Position numbers and translations under genes: made by a program
Part shown: positions 1 through 11,400 of the stretch, in pieces
Numbering within the stretch: position 1 is the stretch's first letter
How the letters are laid out: every line of letters starts with the position of its first letter
DNA from: a virus
IMG/VR virus record: IMGVR_UViG_3300024348_000017
Location: 1-64,000 of that record
DNA length: 64,000 bases
Strand: one strand, 5' to 3'
Notes under the pieces: model-generated
Databases searched by the model: none
Seen by the model: only the letters and a program-made list of their open reading frames with translations
What the model was told of the DNA's origin: nothing

Positions 1-673
1 CATCACCTATTTGTTTTAATTGCCATCCCTTACCTTGAATATTTTCTCCTTTACCTTCACCGCGAGTAGATGCTTTTAACCACAATATACCTGTTTCTTC
101 AATAGGTTCTGTATGTGTTTCATTCCATGCCATCGCATATGCTGCTAACTGTAAGTTATGAGCTGTGTGAAGTGAATTAGATGTTTTAGTATCAATTAAC
201 CATAACTTCTTATTTATTCTAACAACTAAATCCACTGTACCTGCATATTTTGATACATCTGAGAATACATGATATTCTGCTGCTACTAATTCTGGCTTAT
301 ATGTGTTCCAAAAATCTGCAAATTTAAGTATCATTTTCCATACTTCAAGAGAATATTTAGCATTACCGAATTCATCAATCCACCCAATTTCTTCTCCATT
401 AATGAATCTTTCAATAGCATTGTGAGTTTGTGTACCTTCTCCTGCTGCTTTGTTAGCTATAATTTCACTGTTGTGTCCTACATCTTTCAACCATGAATGG
501 AAGAATTGATTTTTAGGAAAATAATTCAATACTGATGTTACAGATGGATAATATTCTTCTCCCCTTCTGTAGAATCTTTGATCTAGTATGTTAATTTGTT
601 TGTCTCCCTCGTTGTAATCAACGATTCTCTTAATTTTTGGATCTTTAATGATATTGACGTTTTTGTCTATCAT
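1..673 (-). CDS. PD-(D/E)XK (Cas4-like/lambda-type) exonuclease, 3' end runs off the window
   Basis: Not in the ORF track; translated by hand from the ATG at 673: MIDKNVNII...YYPSVTSVL...GTQTHNAIE...YAGTVDLV...LWLIDTKTS...LQLAAYAMA. These are the PSVT, GT.H, AGT.D, D.KT and QL.AY motifs of phage PD-(D/E)XK exonucleases. Confidence 0.85.
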   Translation of the reverse strand, partial: MIDKNVNIIKDPKIKRIVDYNEGDKQINILDQRFYRRGEEYYPSVTSVLNYFPKNQFFHSWLKDVGHNSEIIANKAAGEGTQTHNAIERFINGEEIGWIDEFGNAKYSLEVWKMILKFADFWNTYKPELVAAEYHVFSDVSKYAGTVDLVVRINKKLWLIDTKTSNSLHTAHNLQLAAYAMAWNETHTEPIEETGILWLKASTRGEGKGENIQGKGWQLKQIGD

Positions 674-1608
674 ATGTTTTGTAATTTTTTCTCAAGTAAA
701 CTCTGAAATGTTAAAGGTTCAGTGTGTTCAAGAGTTGTTAAAAATGATTCAAATCCAATTTCATTCGCATCTTTACCTTCTAATTCTACCATGTAAACTT
801 CCTTACCATACGACATTAATTTCTCGGCGTGTTTAAGGGCGTCTTTTTTAGCATCATTATCTAGTGCAATGTAAATTCTATCGACACTTGATTTTACTAT
901 TCTCTCCATTAATTTGTTGTGTAAAACTTTACCTAACAATGGAATGCAATTTCTTTTAATTGTAATAGCATCAAACATACCTTCACATAGTATGAGTGGT
1001 GCGTCCCAATTAATATATAATTCAAAACCAATAACTTCCTTAGATGCTACAGGTGGGTTTTTATACTTACGAGCTGAATCTTTATAATCTCGGGCTGTGT
1101 AATAATTTAATATACCTCTAGAGTCATATGAAGGAATTATAATACGTCCACCATATGGACCATCTTTACAAAACCCTATATTATATTTTAGTATATCGTC
1201 TTTAGTTACGTTACGTTGTGTTAGAAACTTCAATGCATGTTTAGCCTCTATTTGAGCAACCTTATCCAAGTAAATGTCGTTTAAGACTATAAATTCGGCG
1301 GGTAATGCTAATATATCAGCAGAAGCGCGTTCTTCATACGCTGTAGGCACAATCAGCAGACTTAGGTCTTTAAATCGATCAGGAGCCGCTTTTGCTTGCT
1401 TGAATAGTGTACGGATAGATTTGCCTTTAGCGTCACAAACCCAACAATGCCAAAAGTTTTCCTTTTTAGCTGTGGTGCGTAGACTTACTTCTAGTTTTTG
1501 TTTGTGGTGACTACAAAATGGACATTTGAAAGCATAGTTACCTTTACTTGTGACCTGTCCCTTCCCTAACACTGATTCCACTAATACTAATAAAGCAGCA
1601 TTTTCCAT
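670..1608 (-). CDS. DNA primase (zinc finger + TOPRIM)
   Basis: CPFC..H...CWVC zinc finger; RIIIP, KYKNP, CEGMFDA and IALDND TOPRIM motifs. Confidence 0.92.
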   Translation of the reverse strand: MENAALLVLVESVLGKGQVTSKGNYAFKCPFCSHHKQKLEVSLRTTAKKENFWHCWVCDAKGKSIRTLFKQAKAAPDRFKDLSLLIVPTAYEERASADILALPAEFIVLNDIYLDKVAQIEAKHALKFLTQRNVTKDDILKYNIGFCKDGPYGGRIIIPSYDSRGILNYYTARDYKDSARKYKNPPVASKEVIGFELYINWDAPLILCEGMFDAITIKRNCIPLLGKVLHNKLMERIVKSSVDRIYIALDNDAKKDALKHAEKLMSYGKEVYMVELEGKDANEIGFESFLTTLEHTEPLTFQSLLEKKLQNI

Positions 1609-1629
1609 AACCTGGAATATACGACCTTA

Positions 1630-2079
1630 CTATGACAAAATCAAGTCTTTGCTATAAAATTTTCCTAGTATATTATCGTTTATGAAACGACTATCTTCTA
1701 AAACGTTGTATTGAAATAGATATTTCGCTTCGTAGTATGTTAGTTCTTTTTTAGTTCTACATAAACGCAATACGTGACGCATCATTTCCTCTGGTTTATA
1801 TAACTTAACTTCAGTAGCAGAACCATAATAAGTTTTCCAATCACTTTCCTTAGTAACTAATTTTTTAGTTGGTCTTCTTCCTTTAGTAACAGGAATTTCT
1901 GCCAATTCTTTTTTACCTAATTTCTTTGTTGTGTTGTGGAAAAATGCTTTTCGTCCAACATATTGACGATTAGTAGGAATGTGAGTAGTTATATAAACAT
2001 AACCAACAAAATCCTCGATAACAAAATCGGGATTATTTATTAAATCTTCCACTTTCATAGCGGGACTAATGTATACCAT
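1630..2079 (-). CDS. GIY-YIG nuclease (T4 EndoII/Seg-like)
   Basis: GYVYITT...QYVGRK, ESDWKTYYGS, YYEAKYLF, INDNILGKF. Confidence 0.7.
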   Translation of the reverse strand: MVYISPAMKVEDLINNPDFVIEDFVGYVYITTHIPTNRQYVGRKAFFHNTTKKLGKKELAEIPVTKGRRPTKKLVTKESDWKTYYGSATEVKLYKPEEMMRHVLRLCRTKKELTYYEAKYLFQYNVLEDSRFINDNILGKFYSKDLILS

Positions 2080-2094
2080 AACTAAAATTTTATT

Positions 2095-2481
2095 TTATAA
2101 CTCAACAACCCAAATAGTTGGGTTAATATTATACTTTACTAGACCAGCAATACGAGTATTACCTGCTACTAAATCATATTCATTTTTTCCAAATTTAACA
2201 ACAATAGGTAATTCAATAATACCTTTTTCGAATGATTGTTCAAAGCGTTGTTTTTTAGGTTCTTCTAAACTATCAAAATCTAAATCCACATTACTTAAAA
2301 CACTTTTAATTTTAGATAATTTAGTAATATACCCATCCTCAGCTAATTCTACCCATTTTTCCTTACCCATTTCTTGAAACTCAGGATAGCGGTTTGCTTC
2401 TTCCCATTCAGCTTCAAAATTTGGTTTTGAATATTGAATAGAACTTTTTAATTCTTTTAATATGTCAATTAACTTAATCAT
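2095..2481 (-). CDS. ParB/sulfiredoxin-like domain protein with MIKLxDILxE leader
   Basis: PIVV...YDLVAGNTR resembles the ParB GxxR motif. Confidence 0.6.
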   Translation of the reverse strand: MIKLIDILKELKSSIQYSKPNFEAEWEEANRYPEFQEMGKEKWVELAEDGYITKLSKIKSVLSNVDLDFDSLEEPKKQRFEQSFEKGIIELPIVVKFGKNEYDLVAGNTRIAGLVKYNINPTIWVVEL

Positions 2482-2789
2482 TATGTATCATATTTAACTA
2501 AGAAAGTCATATCTGTTTCTGATGAAATAGGAATTGGTTTTCCGAATTTTGCAACCATTAAAAGTTCATTTTGTTCATTATATAAACCCAATGTTGTGAC
2601 ATAAGGTCTAAAACTAGAACCAGTTGCAAAACTCGTTAATGACGATGATACGTTAGTTCTATCAGATAACAAAGTAGGATTATAAGATAAATTATATTCA
2701 CTTTCCTCAACAGTACATTTTACAAAATTTTCGTAAACTGTATGTTCATTTCTGAAATTAATATTAAATGATCCTGTATATTGTGGCAT
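2481..2789 (-). CDS. virion structural protein, matches the C-terminal half of 6775..7731
   Basis: EYNLSYNP...YVTTLGLYNEQNELLMVAKFGKP aligns with EYNYTSNP...YITTVGLYNDNNELLAVAKLSKP of 6775..7731. Confidence 0.7.
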   Translation of the reverse strand: MPQYTGSFNINFRNEHTVYENFVKCTVEESEYNLSYNPTLLSDRTNVSSSLTSFATGSSFRPYVTTLGLYNEQNELLMVAKFGKPIPISSETDMTFLVKYDT

Positions 2790-2802
2790 TATTAATTAAA
2801 TT

Positions 2803-3651
2803 TTATCCCGGACAAACTGTTGGGGTTTGACCACCTGATGTTAAATGTACTTTAGTAGTAAGTGGGGTTGGACTTACTAAAAATTCAACGCTACCTATGA
2901 AGTTATCAATATTATCACTGTAAAATATTTCACCACCATTTTCAGTATCACAAATTCTATAACGAACTATATTACCAGAACCAGCACTCCATGATCCTGT
3001 TACTGAGTAAGGTAATAAAGATGATGTTACAAATAATGTACCACTTTTAACTACAGGTCCTGTAGTTTCATCTAATATAACAGTACCAGCACTATTTCTT
3101 ATTTTTAATATTCCTGCACCTGCTCCTTTAGTACCCGTAATCCAATTAATTGTAGCACCTTGAGGTACAGATCCTGTAGTACAACTTCCACTTGACATAA
3201 AAGTTCCATTATTCCAACCACAACAATCACCATTACCTATTTTATAATGTACCCCACCAGAAGCATAATATCCATCTGGTGCTAATTCTAAACTAGAAGA
3301 TAAATATAATCTTGATCCTGTATATAATAAAATTCCTGATGTATTATCTCCAACAGTTCCTGTTGAATCTATTGTTATTGCTGAGGTGTCTAAATAAAAT
3401 TGTCCACAATTACTAGAGGTACAAGCTCCATTAGAAGTTGAACTAGAGCAAAAAGTATAAGGACCATATAAACAATCATGCCATTTACCATTAGCTAAAC
3501 TGCTACTGTATATATGTTCATAATTAAATGCAGTTCCACAAAAACTCTCTGTTGATGTTGTTAATACATGAGAATATCCTACAGTACTATTATTATCAGT
3601 AAAATACTGAGTGACTTTAGTATGAATTTTATATCCGGATCTTCTTATCAT
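2803..3651 (-). CDS. Cys/Gly/Ser/Thr-rich putative tail fibre/receptor-binding accessory protein
   Basis: Composition, location in the structural block, late motif ATATTTAT just upstream. Confidence 0.55.
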   Translation of the reverse strand: MIRRSGYKIHTKVTQYFTDNNSTVGYSHVLTTSTESFCGTAFNYEHIYSSSLANGKWHDCLYGPYTFCSSSTSNGACTSSNCGQFYLDTSAITIDSTGTVGDNTSGILLYTGSRLYLSSSLELAPDGYYASGGVHYKIGNGDCCGWNNGTFMSSGSCTTGSVPQGATINWITGTKGAGAGILKIRNSAGTVILDETTGPVVKSGTLFVTSSLLPYSVTGSWSAGSGNIVRYRICDTENGGEIFYSDNIDNFIGSVEFLVSPTPLTTKVHLTSGGQTPTVCPG

Positions 3652-3677
3652 TATATATAAATATTAAATCAAATTTA

Positions 3678-6600
3678 TTAGCAAGTTACATAATTTTGAA
3701 TCATTCCATCACCACCAATTTCAACAGCGTAGGTACCTCCAGGTCCAGTTAATTTACGCCAACCTGGTAATGAACCACTAAATGCAGATGATAAACCTGA
3801 ATTGGTATATAAAAACATTTCAGCCATCGGTGTATTGTATCCAGGGGCTGCATATACAACACTTGTTGTAGTTGAACCAGCACAAGCACCACCAGAAGTA
3901 CCTGTAGCAAAGTTATCAATTTGATATTCTACGGGAGTGGCAGCATTAACAATTACCTGTATTAATGTTCTAGGAGAACTTTCAACCCCACTTAAATAAG
4001 TTGTAACATAGTAGTTTGTGGTACCTGTTATAGATGTACTTGGGGTATAAGGAGTCAAACTTGCCGAACCACCAGTAGATACTGTATACCATCTGAAACT
4101 ACTTCCAGATACAGAAGATGTTGCACTTAAAGGAACAGGAGTACCATATTGAGTATATGTAACTGGTGTTACTACTGTAGGTGCAGATGGTGGAGATACC
4201 GCTGGTGCTGATCCGGATATTGCATTTACTTTAATCAAGTAATCATTATTAGTTCCTGTAAAGTTATATTGCAACCAACTAGCACTTCCTGTTTCTACAC
4301 TAGAAGAAGCATATACTGATGATCCATTAATCCAAATAGACATTGTATTTGAAGTATAAGGATAATTACCAACCCATCCTGGATCTGATGGTGGATATAA
4401 TGGAGATGCAGCAGCATATGATGAACCACTATGTAATTGAATATAACGATATCCTGTAGTATATATTCCAGCTGCTGTTCCAGTTCCTTCATTTATAATT
4501 AAATTTGTACCGGCACCCATTGATTCATCTACAATTAATGTAGCATTTAGGTTTTGACAAGCTGGATCTGAGTATCTATATTCTCTAGCTCTAACTGCTT
4601 TAGTTGTTGTTCCAGTACAACCGTTAGCGTCTGCTACTGTTATATTCCAACTTCCACCTGCTAATCCACTATTTAAAACAATAGTACCTGGATTAGTAGT
4701 AGGACCTACTGATCTAGTAGTTCCTCCATTTACAGCTACAAATGTATAAGGACCAGTTCCACCAGTTGCTGTTACAACTAAACTACTATCACATTGATTA
4801 TATGTAATAGAAGCACTTACTGCAGTTATACCTGGTGTTGAAGTAATAGCTACACTTCCCGAAGATGTACATCCTGTACCGGCATCCGTTACAGTTAAAG
4901 TATAAGTCCCGGCACTACCAGTAACTATATTACCTGTAGCTCCTGTATTCCATAAATAACTAAATCCATTTCCACTACCACCACTTACGGATGCTGAAAC
5001 TTGTCCATTACTCGCACCACATGAAGAATTAGTTGATGTTAAGTTTATAGATATTGAACTTACACTACTAATTGTAGCACTACCTGTAGCAGTACAACCA
5101 TTAGTATCGGTTACAGTAACATTATAAGTTCCAGCAGGTAAACCTGTTGGATCTTCTACTGTTCTTACTACTGTAGACCCAGTAACCCAAGAATATGTGA
5201 ATGGAGAAATACCTCCAGCTACGGTAATATTAATAGCACCAACTTCTTGACCTGGTTCAGGACAATCAGCTACAGTTGAATTAATTGTTACTGTGAATGG
5301 AGATGGTTGAGTAATAGTAACTAGAGATGAAGTACTACATAAGTTATCTTTTACAGTTACTGTATAAGTAGCTGGTGTTAAGCTTGAGAATAAAGTATTT
5401 GAAGCAAATCCTGACCATGTACTACCACCATTGATAGATGCAGAATAAGGAGCTCCATAAGTTGAAGAGCCAGTAACTGCAATTTTTCCATTCCCACTAC
5501 CATAACAAGTTACATTAATAGGATTTGTAGTTACAGTAATTATATCTGCTGTTACAGTAAATGAAGAAGAAACAATTGTTCCTTCACTATCTTTAATATA
5601 TAATATATTATTACCAATAGGAGCTGTTGTGGATGCTGTTGGTTGATACCACTCACAGTTAGCTAAATTACTATATGTACTACCTCCAATTGAATATTGG
5701 TAAGGAGGAATACCATAATTTATTGAAAAAGTTACAGGTGAAACACCTCCAGCACAAACAACTGACTGGTTGGACTGAGACATTGCAAGAGGTAACTTAT
5801 AAAGTTCTAAATTAATACTAGCGGTATTACTTTTTAAACAAGTATTATCATTAACTGTATAATATAATTTGTAATTTCCTGGTGTTATACCTAAAGTTTC
5901 ACATTCATTTATAAAAAGAGAACCTGTAATTAAGGTAATATTAGGAAAACTATATCCTGTATAAGGATATGTTACTATTGAACCAGTAACGATAGCTGTA
6001 GAACTACAACTATCAATATAGTCATTAGCTAAAACATTTAATTTTTTAACACGCTGTACGTTTAATACACTAAAGTAATCGTTTATAGCGTTTGGAGGAG
6101 TAGGTAGAAAACATTTATAATTAGGATTAGTAATAACAACTACACCTTGAGAATAAAATATATTTCCTACATGAACTTTATTCTGTAACTCAGCTATATA
6201 TCCTGGAGGGGCATAATAACCTGGTTCTACATAATAACCTGTAAATGATATATCGTATACGTTTCCAAACCCATCATCTGCTAATTGATAACTACCACTT
6301 GCGGTTAAAATAAAGTTATTAGGTTTGATTTGTTCACCATAAATGTTTTGGTTGAACGACATTACTCTAATAATATCATTAGATGCAGTTGGAAAATTAT
6401 TTATAAATTCAGGATTCTCATTAAAATCAAAATAAGAACTAGTTGAAATAGTACTCGATTCTGTCATATAAGATTCATAATACATAGAATCTAATAATGA
6501 ATGAGAATTAAGAATACTTGAAGAATGATATTGGTAATATAAATGATTTACTTGGCGATAAACTAAAGACTCATATTGAGTCTCTGTTATTGGTCCATTA

Positions 6601-6755
6601 ATTAAATCAATACTACCAGTTAAATTTTTTCCTTTTAATATAGTAAAATACGCACCATCCTGAGGAACACAAGCGAAATCAAGGTTCCAATTTTTATTTG
6701 CTGTATAAGGAACAACAAATACGTCTGATGTACTCAGTTTTTTGAATGATGCCAT
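3678..6755 (-). CDS. tail-associated protein with Big_9-like, SprB-repeat and Ig_7 (CHU-type) adhesin modules
   Basis: PPNAIND..LNVLAND (cadherin-like); several GG..P(F/Y)TY.W...AGTY.VTVTD.NGC SprB repeats; FRWYTVSTGG...TPST..GTTNYYV...ES..R Ig-like unit. Confidence 0.8.
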   Translation of the reverse strand: MASFKKLSTSDVFVVPYTANKNWNLDFACVPQDGAYFTILKGKNLTGSIDLINGPITETQYESLVYRQVNHLYYQYHSSSILNSHSLLDSMYYESYMTESSTISTSSYFDFNENPEFINNFPTASNDIIRVMSFNQNIYGEQIKPNNFILTASGSYQLADDGFGNVYDISFTGYYVEPGYYAPPGYIAELQNKVHVGNIFYSQGVVVITNPNYKCFLPTPPNAINDYFSVLNVQRVKKLNVLANDYIDSCSSTAIVTGSIVTYPYTGYSFPNITLITGSLFINECETLGITPGNYKLYYTVNDNTCLKSNTASINLELYKLPLAMSQSNQSVVCAGGVSPVTFSINYGIPPYQYSIGGSTYSNLANCEWYQPTASTTAPIGNNILYIKDSEGTIVSSSFTVTADIITVTTNPINVTCYGSGNGKIAVTGSSTYGAPYSASINGGSTWSGFASNTLFSSLTPATYTVTVKDNLCSTSSLVTITQPSPFTVTINSTVADCPEPGQEVGAINITVAGGISPFTYSWVTGSTVVRTVEDPTGLPAGTYNVTVTDTNGCTATGSATISSVSSISINLTSTNSSCGASNGQVSASVSGGSGNGFSYLWNTGATGNIVTGSAGTYTLTVTDAGTGCTSSGSVAITSTPGITAVSASITYNQCDSSLVVTATGGTGPYTFVAVNGGTTRSVGPTTNPGTIVLNSGLAGGSWNITVADANGCTGTTTKAVRAREYRYSDPACQNLNATLIVDESMGAGTNLIINEGTGTAAGIYTTGYRYIQLHSGSSYAAASPLYPPSDPGWVGNYPYTSNTMSIWINGSSVYASSSVETGSASWLQYNFTGTNNDYLIKVNAISGSAPAVSPPSAPTVVTPVTYTQYGTPVPLSATSSVSGSSFRWYTVSTGGSASLTPYTPSTSITGTTNYYVTTYLSGVESSPRTLIQVIVNAATPVEYQIDNFATGTSGGACAGSTTTSVVYAAPGYNTPMAEMFLYTNSGLSSAFSGSLPGWRKLTGPGGTYAVEIGGDGMIQNYVTC

Positions 6756-6774
6756 TTAATAACATTTCTTTATA

Positions 6775-7731
6775 TTAGTAGTCTAACTTGATACGAATTA
6801 AGGCTTCTTTAGTAAAGTCTTTTACTAATGGTTTGCTTAATTTAGCAACAGCTAATAATTCGTTATTATCATTGTATAACCCTACAGTTGTGATATAAGT
6901 TTGTGGATTATCAATTAATGTAGTGTACAAGATATTACCTGTATTATCAATAATTGATGGATTCGAAGTATAATTATATTCACTGTTTTTAATTCTTGTA
7001 AAGAAGAAACGGGATGAAATAGTTTCAGATGATTGTAATCTAAAAAACTTACTTCCACCTATTGCTGCATTTATAGAATTATATAATTTAGCGTTATTGT
7101 TGTCGTAACTATTAGCTGTTGTTACAGGAGCTACCAAAAATCCTGTTAAAGCACCTGGATTTAGAACTATTAATCCTAAATCAGGGAACATATGACCATA
7201 CACGGTTGTATTGGCTGGTGTACCTGCTGAACCGCTTACAATATTAAAATATCTGTTACTATCAATAAATTGACTAGTAGTTAAAACATTACTATTATCA
7301 GTTAAATAGATAGTTCCTGAACTTCCACTCAATGCTAATGTTAAAGAGCCTGGATGTAAACTTTCTTTATAACGAGATCTTGCTACGTTAATAACATAAA
7401 ATGAGTTTACAGTAGAACCTCCAATTTGGAAAGTTGCTGTTTCACTTCCGTAAATTAAATTTCTATATTGACCATATACTACTTTTGTAGGTGATGAACT
7501 AGTTACATTTGAATTAAAGTAAGCTGATCCCGAACCTGAAATATGAGCATACTCAATAGAGAATACTACTTCACCTGCATTGTAAACATCTAAATAAAAT
7601 TGTGATGATGATGCTTGTGTTGATGAAGTTGCTACTGATGTTAAATTCACGTTATCAGAAGGAAATAATCCTCTAACAACTGTTTCTGAACTTATTACTG
7701 AATCTTCTGTGTTATATCTATTAAATGACAT
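6775..7731 (-). CDS. conserved virion (tail/baseplate) structural protein
   Basis: Position in the structural operon; paralogous to the 3678 N-terminus plus 2481. Confidence 0.65.
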   Translation of the reverse strand: MSFNRYNTEDSVISSETVVRGLFPSDNVNLTSVATSSTQASSSQFYLDVYNAGEVVFSIEYAHISGSGSAYFNSNVTSSSPTKVVYGQYRNLIYGSETATFQIGGSTVNSFYVINVARSRYKESLHPGSLTLALSGSSGTIYLTDNSNVLTTSQFIDSNRYFNIVSGSAGTPANTTVYGHMFPDLGLIVLNPGALTGFLVAPVTTANSYDNNNAKLYNSINAAIGGSKFFRLQSSETISSRFFFTRIKNSEYNYTSNPSIIDNTGNILYTTLIDNPQTYITTVGLYNDNNELLAVAKLSKPLVKDFTKEALIRIKLDY

Positions 7732-7734
7732 ATG

Positions 7735-8394
7735 TTAGTTAACTTTTTGGATTATTAAAGGAACAGTAATTCTTGAACCACTATCTCTACCTGTTACAGT
7801 AATTGTAGTAGTTAATGAAGTAGCTGTAGTACCAAATAATGTGTTAATTGTAGTTCCAGTTAGTGTGAATGAAGTACCAATTTCTGCTTTAGATAATTTA
7901 GTACCACTTGTAGTATTTAAACTGCTATTACCTACAGTAGCACCAGTGATACCAGCACCTGTAAAGGTAGATATTAATCTAACATCAGCTACACTCATTA
8001 CATAGCCATTAGTTTCATAAGTACTATTAGCACCTAAGTAGTTTAATGTTTGTGGAGTAATGCTTAATGATTGACCTTGTTTTAAGATAATTGAAGAGTA
8101 ACCTAAAGAAATAACAGGCATTTTACTTGTACCTCTTGGTAAAGTTACTAATTTATAACGCATGATTTGAGCCTCGTCTGGGAACGCTTCAATAACAGGC
8201 ATAGCTTCAATAGCTTCACCATAATATGATGATCCAGATGGGTGTGTTGGGTTGTATAAAGTATAATCAACCTCGTCATCTGCTAATGAGAACTGAGTGA
8301 TTTGGAATGAACCGTCGTTGCGAGCCAACAATTCGCGGCCCTTTTTGGTTAAAACCGCATCAACAGTTACATAAGAAGGATTTAATATTGCCAT
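7735..8394 (-). CDS. conserved virion structural protein
   Basis: VDAVLTKKGRELLA...ITQFSLADDEVDY N-terminus typical of baseplate/tail-collar proteins; late motif upstream. Confidence 0.6.
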   Translation of the reverse strand: MAILNPSYVTVDAVLTKKGRELLARNDGSFQITQFSLADDEVDYTLYNPTHPSGSSYYGEAIEAMPVIEAFPDEAQIMRYKLVTLPRGTSKMPVISLGYSSIILKQGQSLSITPQTLNYLGANSTYETNGYVMSVADVRLISTFTGAGITGATVGNSSLNTTSGTKLSKAEIGTSFTLTGTTINTLFGTTATSLTTTITVTGRDSGSRITVPLIIQKVN

Positions 8395-8439
8395 AGTGTA
8401 TTTAATTACTGTATATAAATATACAAAGTTTAAATTTTA

Positions 8440-11400
8440 TTATATTGTGCCTCCATCTAACCCACCACCTTCAAGCATCTTTGATTTTACTTCACGGGTA
8501 ATTGTGTCAATGTTTTTAAACACATCTGGGTGGATGTTTTCGGGAATTGAGAAGCCATATGATGTTTTACCATCACGTTTAATGAAATTTATAATTGTAT
8601 TTGTTTCGTCTTTTAATCTTTTTAAGAATAATATTTTATTAAGAGATCCTCTAAATGCTATTGCTTGGCTGGTATTATCAAAAGAAGGATATATATCTAA
8701 TACTAATTTACCACTAACAGTTCTAGTATTAACTACTCTGTATTCCGCTACTGAACCACTAGTATTGTGATGAATAATTAAATCATAATATCCTGGATTA
8801 AATGTGTAGTCTACATCTCCATAAGTAGGATATAGTACATTAACAGTCGCTGCGGATCCTGTAGGAGGGTTTGGTATAAAGTTATATCCTGCAAAACTAG
8901 ATAATTGTTGATTTAGTGTTATGCTGCTTGTTGTACTACCTGAAGTGAAAGTAGTAGATTCAATAAATCCAGAACCACCAGCTATAGCAGTTGGAAGATT
9001 GTTAATTTGATTAGAAACTGACGCTATTCTTAAATTTCCACTAGTATTAAATCTAGTTATATAATCACCACCAGCATTGATAGTTAATCCACTTTGTCTT
9101 AAGCGAATTTGAAATTTGTCAGTTGGTCCTGTTAAACTTTGTTGTGTATTTATATTTAAACTAATAACAGCAGTTTCAGCAACATTATATATTCCTGGGA
9201 TTTCATAGAATTGGCTATAAAGATTTGCTTGACCATAGCTATAATAACCACAGTTAATAGTATTTCCATAATAACCAGGAGGGGTTGCAGTACATGTTCC
9301 ACCACTAACAAAAAAAGTTATAGTTGAACTTGTCCCCCATATAACCCTAGAATTGGATAAATTGACATTACAGCTTCCACACCCACTACAATCATATCCT
9401 ATACAGTTAGTGGATGGAAAGGATACTGAACTGTAAATATCATACCCATAAACTGTAGTTCCTTTAGAAAATACCAATGTTCCTCCAACAGTAACATCTG
9501 CTTCTAAAACATAAGAATTCCCAGTAAGAGTTATAGATTCTCTAAAATTTGGATCGCCTCCAGTAGAACTAAAATCATTAATATAGGCTTGACCACTGAA
9601 TACAGATCCCGTTACTTGATCTACTATTGTAACTGATTGTTGACTAGAAGCTAATACTGTAGAACCACTAACAACTTCTAAAGCCCAAGTCACTGAACCA
9701 CCATTAGACATACTTATTTCTAATGAAACATTGGCGGCAATATCATACAAACCTGTTTCAGGTACCGAGTATGAAGGATGTGTTTGAGATCCTGTACTTC
9801 CAATACTATAATAAGCAGATGAGTTAATATCTGTAGTAATATTTGTAAAAACATTATAAACTACTCTATCAGAACCACTCGTAAATAAAGGATAGGTTGG
9901 AGTTGTTCCAACAGAGCTAGTTATTAATCCAGCAGGGTGGGATGCAACTAATTCATGAGCTGTATTTCCTATAGTTGATTCAAAGTATAAAGTACTAGCA
10001 CTTCCTGAAAAATATAATAATGGTGTGTATGAATACCCACTTTCAAAAATATATTTAGTTCCATCTAAACTTTTTTGATTACTATACTTTTGATTATCAA
10101 ATAATGATATATTCAAATCATCAGCAGTAACAAATGTTCTTTGTACTTCTTCCCAATTTTTATTACGTTGGTTAAGTTCAGTTAAATTTCCTTCCTCATC
10201 TACAAGATACTTTGTAACAACATCATTTCTATTTGGTAAAAATTTATTTTTTACAACTTCAGAAAATAAACCTATCTTTCTTACTTGATGATCAATAGCC
10301 GCTGTTTTACCATACGATTTATCACCTTCATAAGATGCCGAAGCTGGAGAGTAGTTATTGTATTCTAAACTAGTTACTTTAACACCACCATGTCTTGATA
10401 ATTCAAATGATTTTAAAGATTCATTACTATCTTGAACATCGGTTTGTACTTGTTTACCCCCACTTTGAATTAAACTTCCACTTACATATGCATATAATGG
10501 AATTAATTTTTGGACTTTAACTGATGGTCTACTATCGCTAGTGTTATTTATCATAACATTAAAGTCGGTATGTTCAAATTGGTATGAGCTAGATGTGGTT
10601 GTAACTAAAAATGGATTTGGGTTTGTACGCTTAAAATCCTCATTAATATCTGGCCAACTTCCACTCAATTCCCCGTTATAAAATGCTCGTCTGTCGTTTG
10701 GCAATAAACTATATAAATAATCGTTGTCCTCAGCAATTGTAGGCCCTTGATAATTAGCTTCATGTACTATTTGTCTAACAACACCAGGTTGAATTCTTTT
10801 CATTTTAATTCTTTCCAAATGTTGAGGGCGTATAGTAACACCTGTCAATAGAGTAGATCTACCAGGTACATAATCCTTTAACATTTTAAACAATGAATTA
10901 TCAAAGAACTTTATTAATTCAATAAACCCAGCATAATCAAATTCAACATTAAAGTTGGAATTAATATGTGTTTTTCTTAAGGTTTCTAATGTTGGATAAC
11001 TACCACTTGCTTCAAAACGTGGATCACCAATATAGTTATCAATTTCAAAATTAGTAACAGCACTTGCTATCGATGATGATAATACGTTATCTATTTTATT
11101 TTGAGGTGAAAATGATATATCAATTTTATGATAATCTACTGATCTGGCTAATGTAATATCTATATCTTCTTTTTCTAGTCTAATATAAGGAGATAATACA
11201 CTTCCTGTAATTTGAGTAGAAATAACACGAATTTTATCACCATTACTATCTGTTAGTGTATTGCGTTTAGTATTACCACCAAATTCTTTAATTGGTAAAA
11301 TACTTCCTGTAATACCAAATATATTAATTAAATGATCTAAACCTTTATTACTACCTTTTGATTTGAATAATAATGGTATGTTGTGGTATATTCTTTTATA

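Noticed and set aside
2803-6755. Diversity-generating retroelement target in the fibre genes
   Set aside because: No reverse transcriptase and no template/variable repeat pair is visible in this window.
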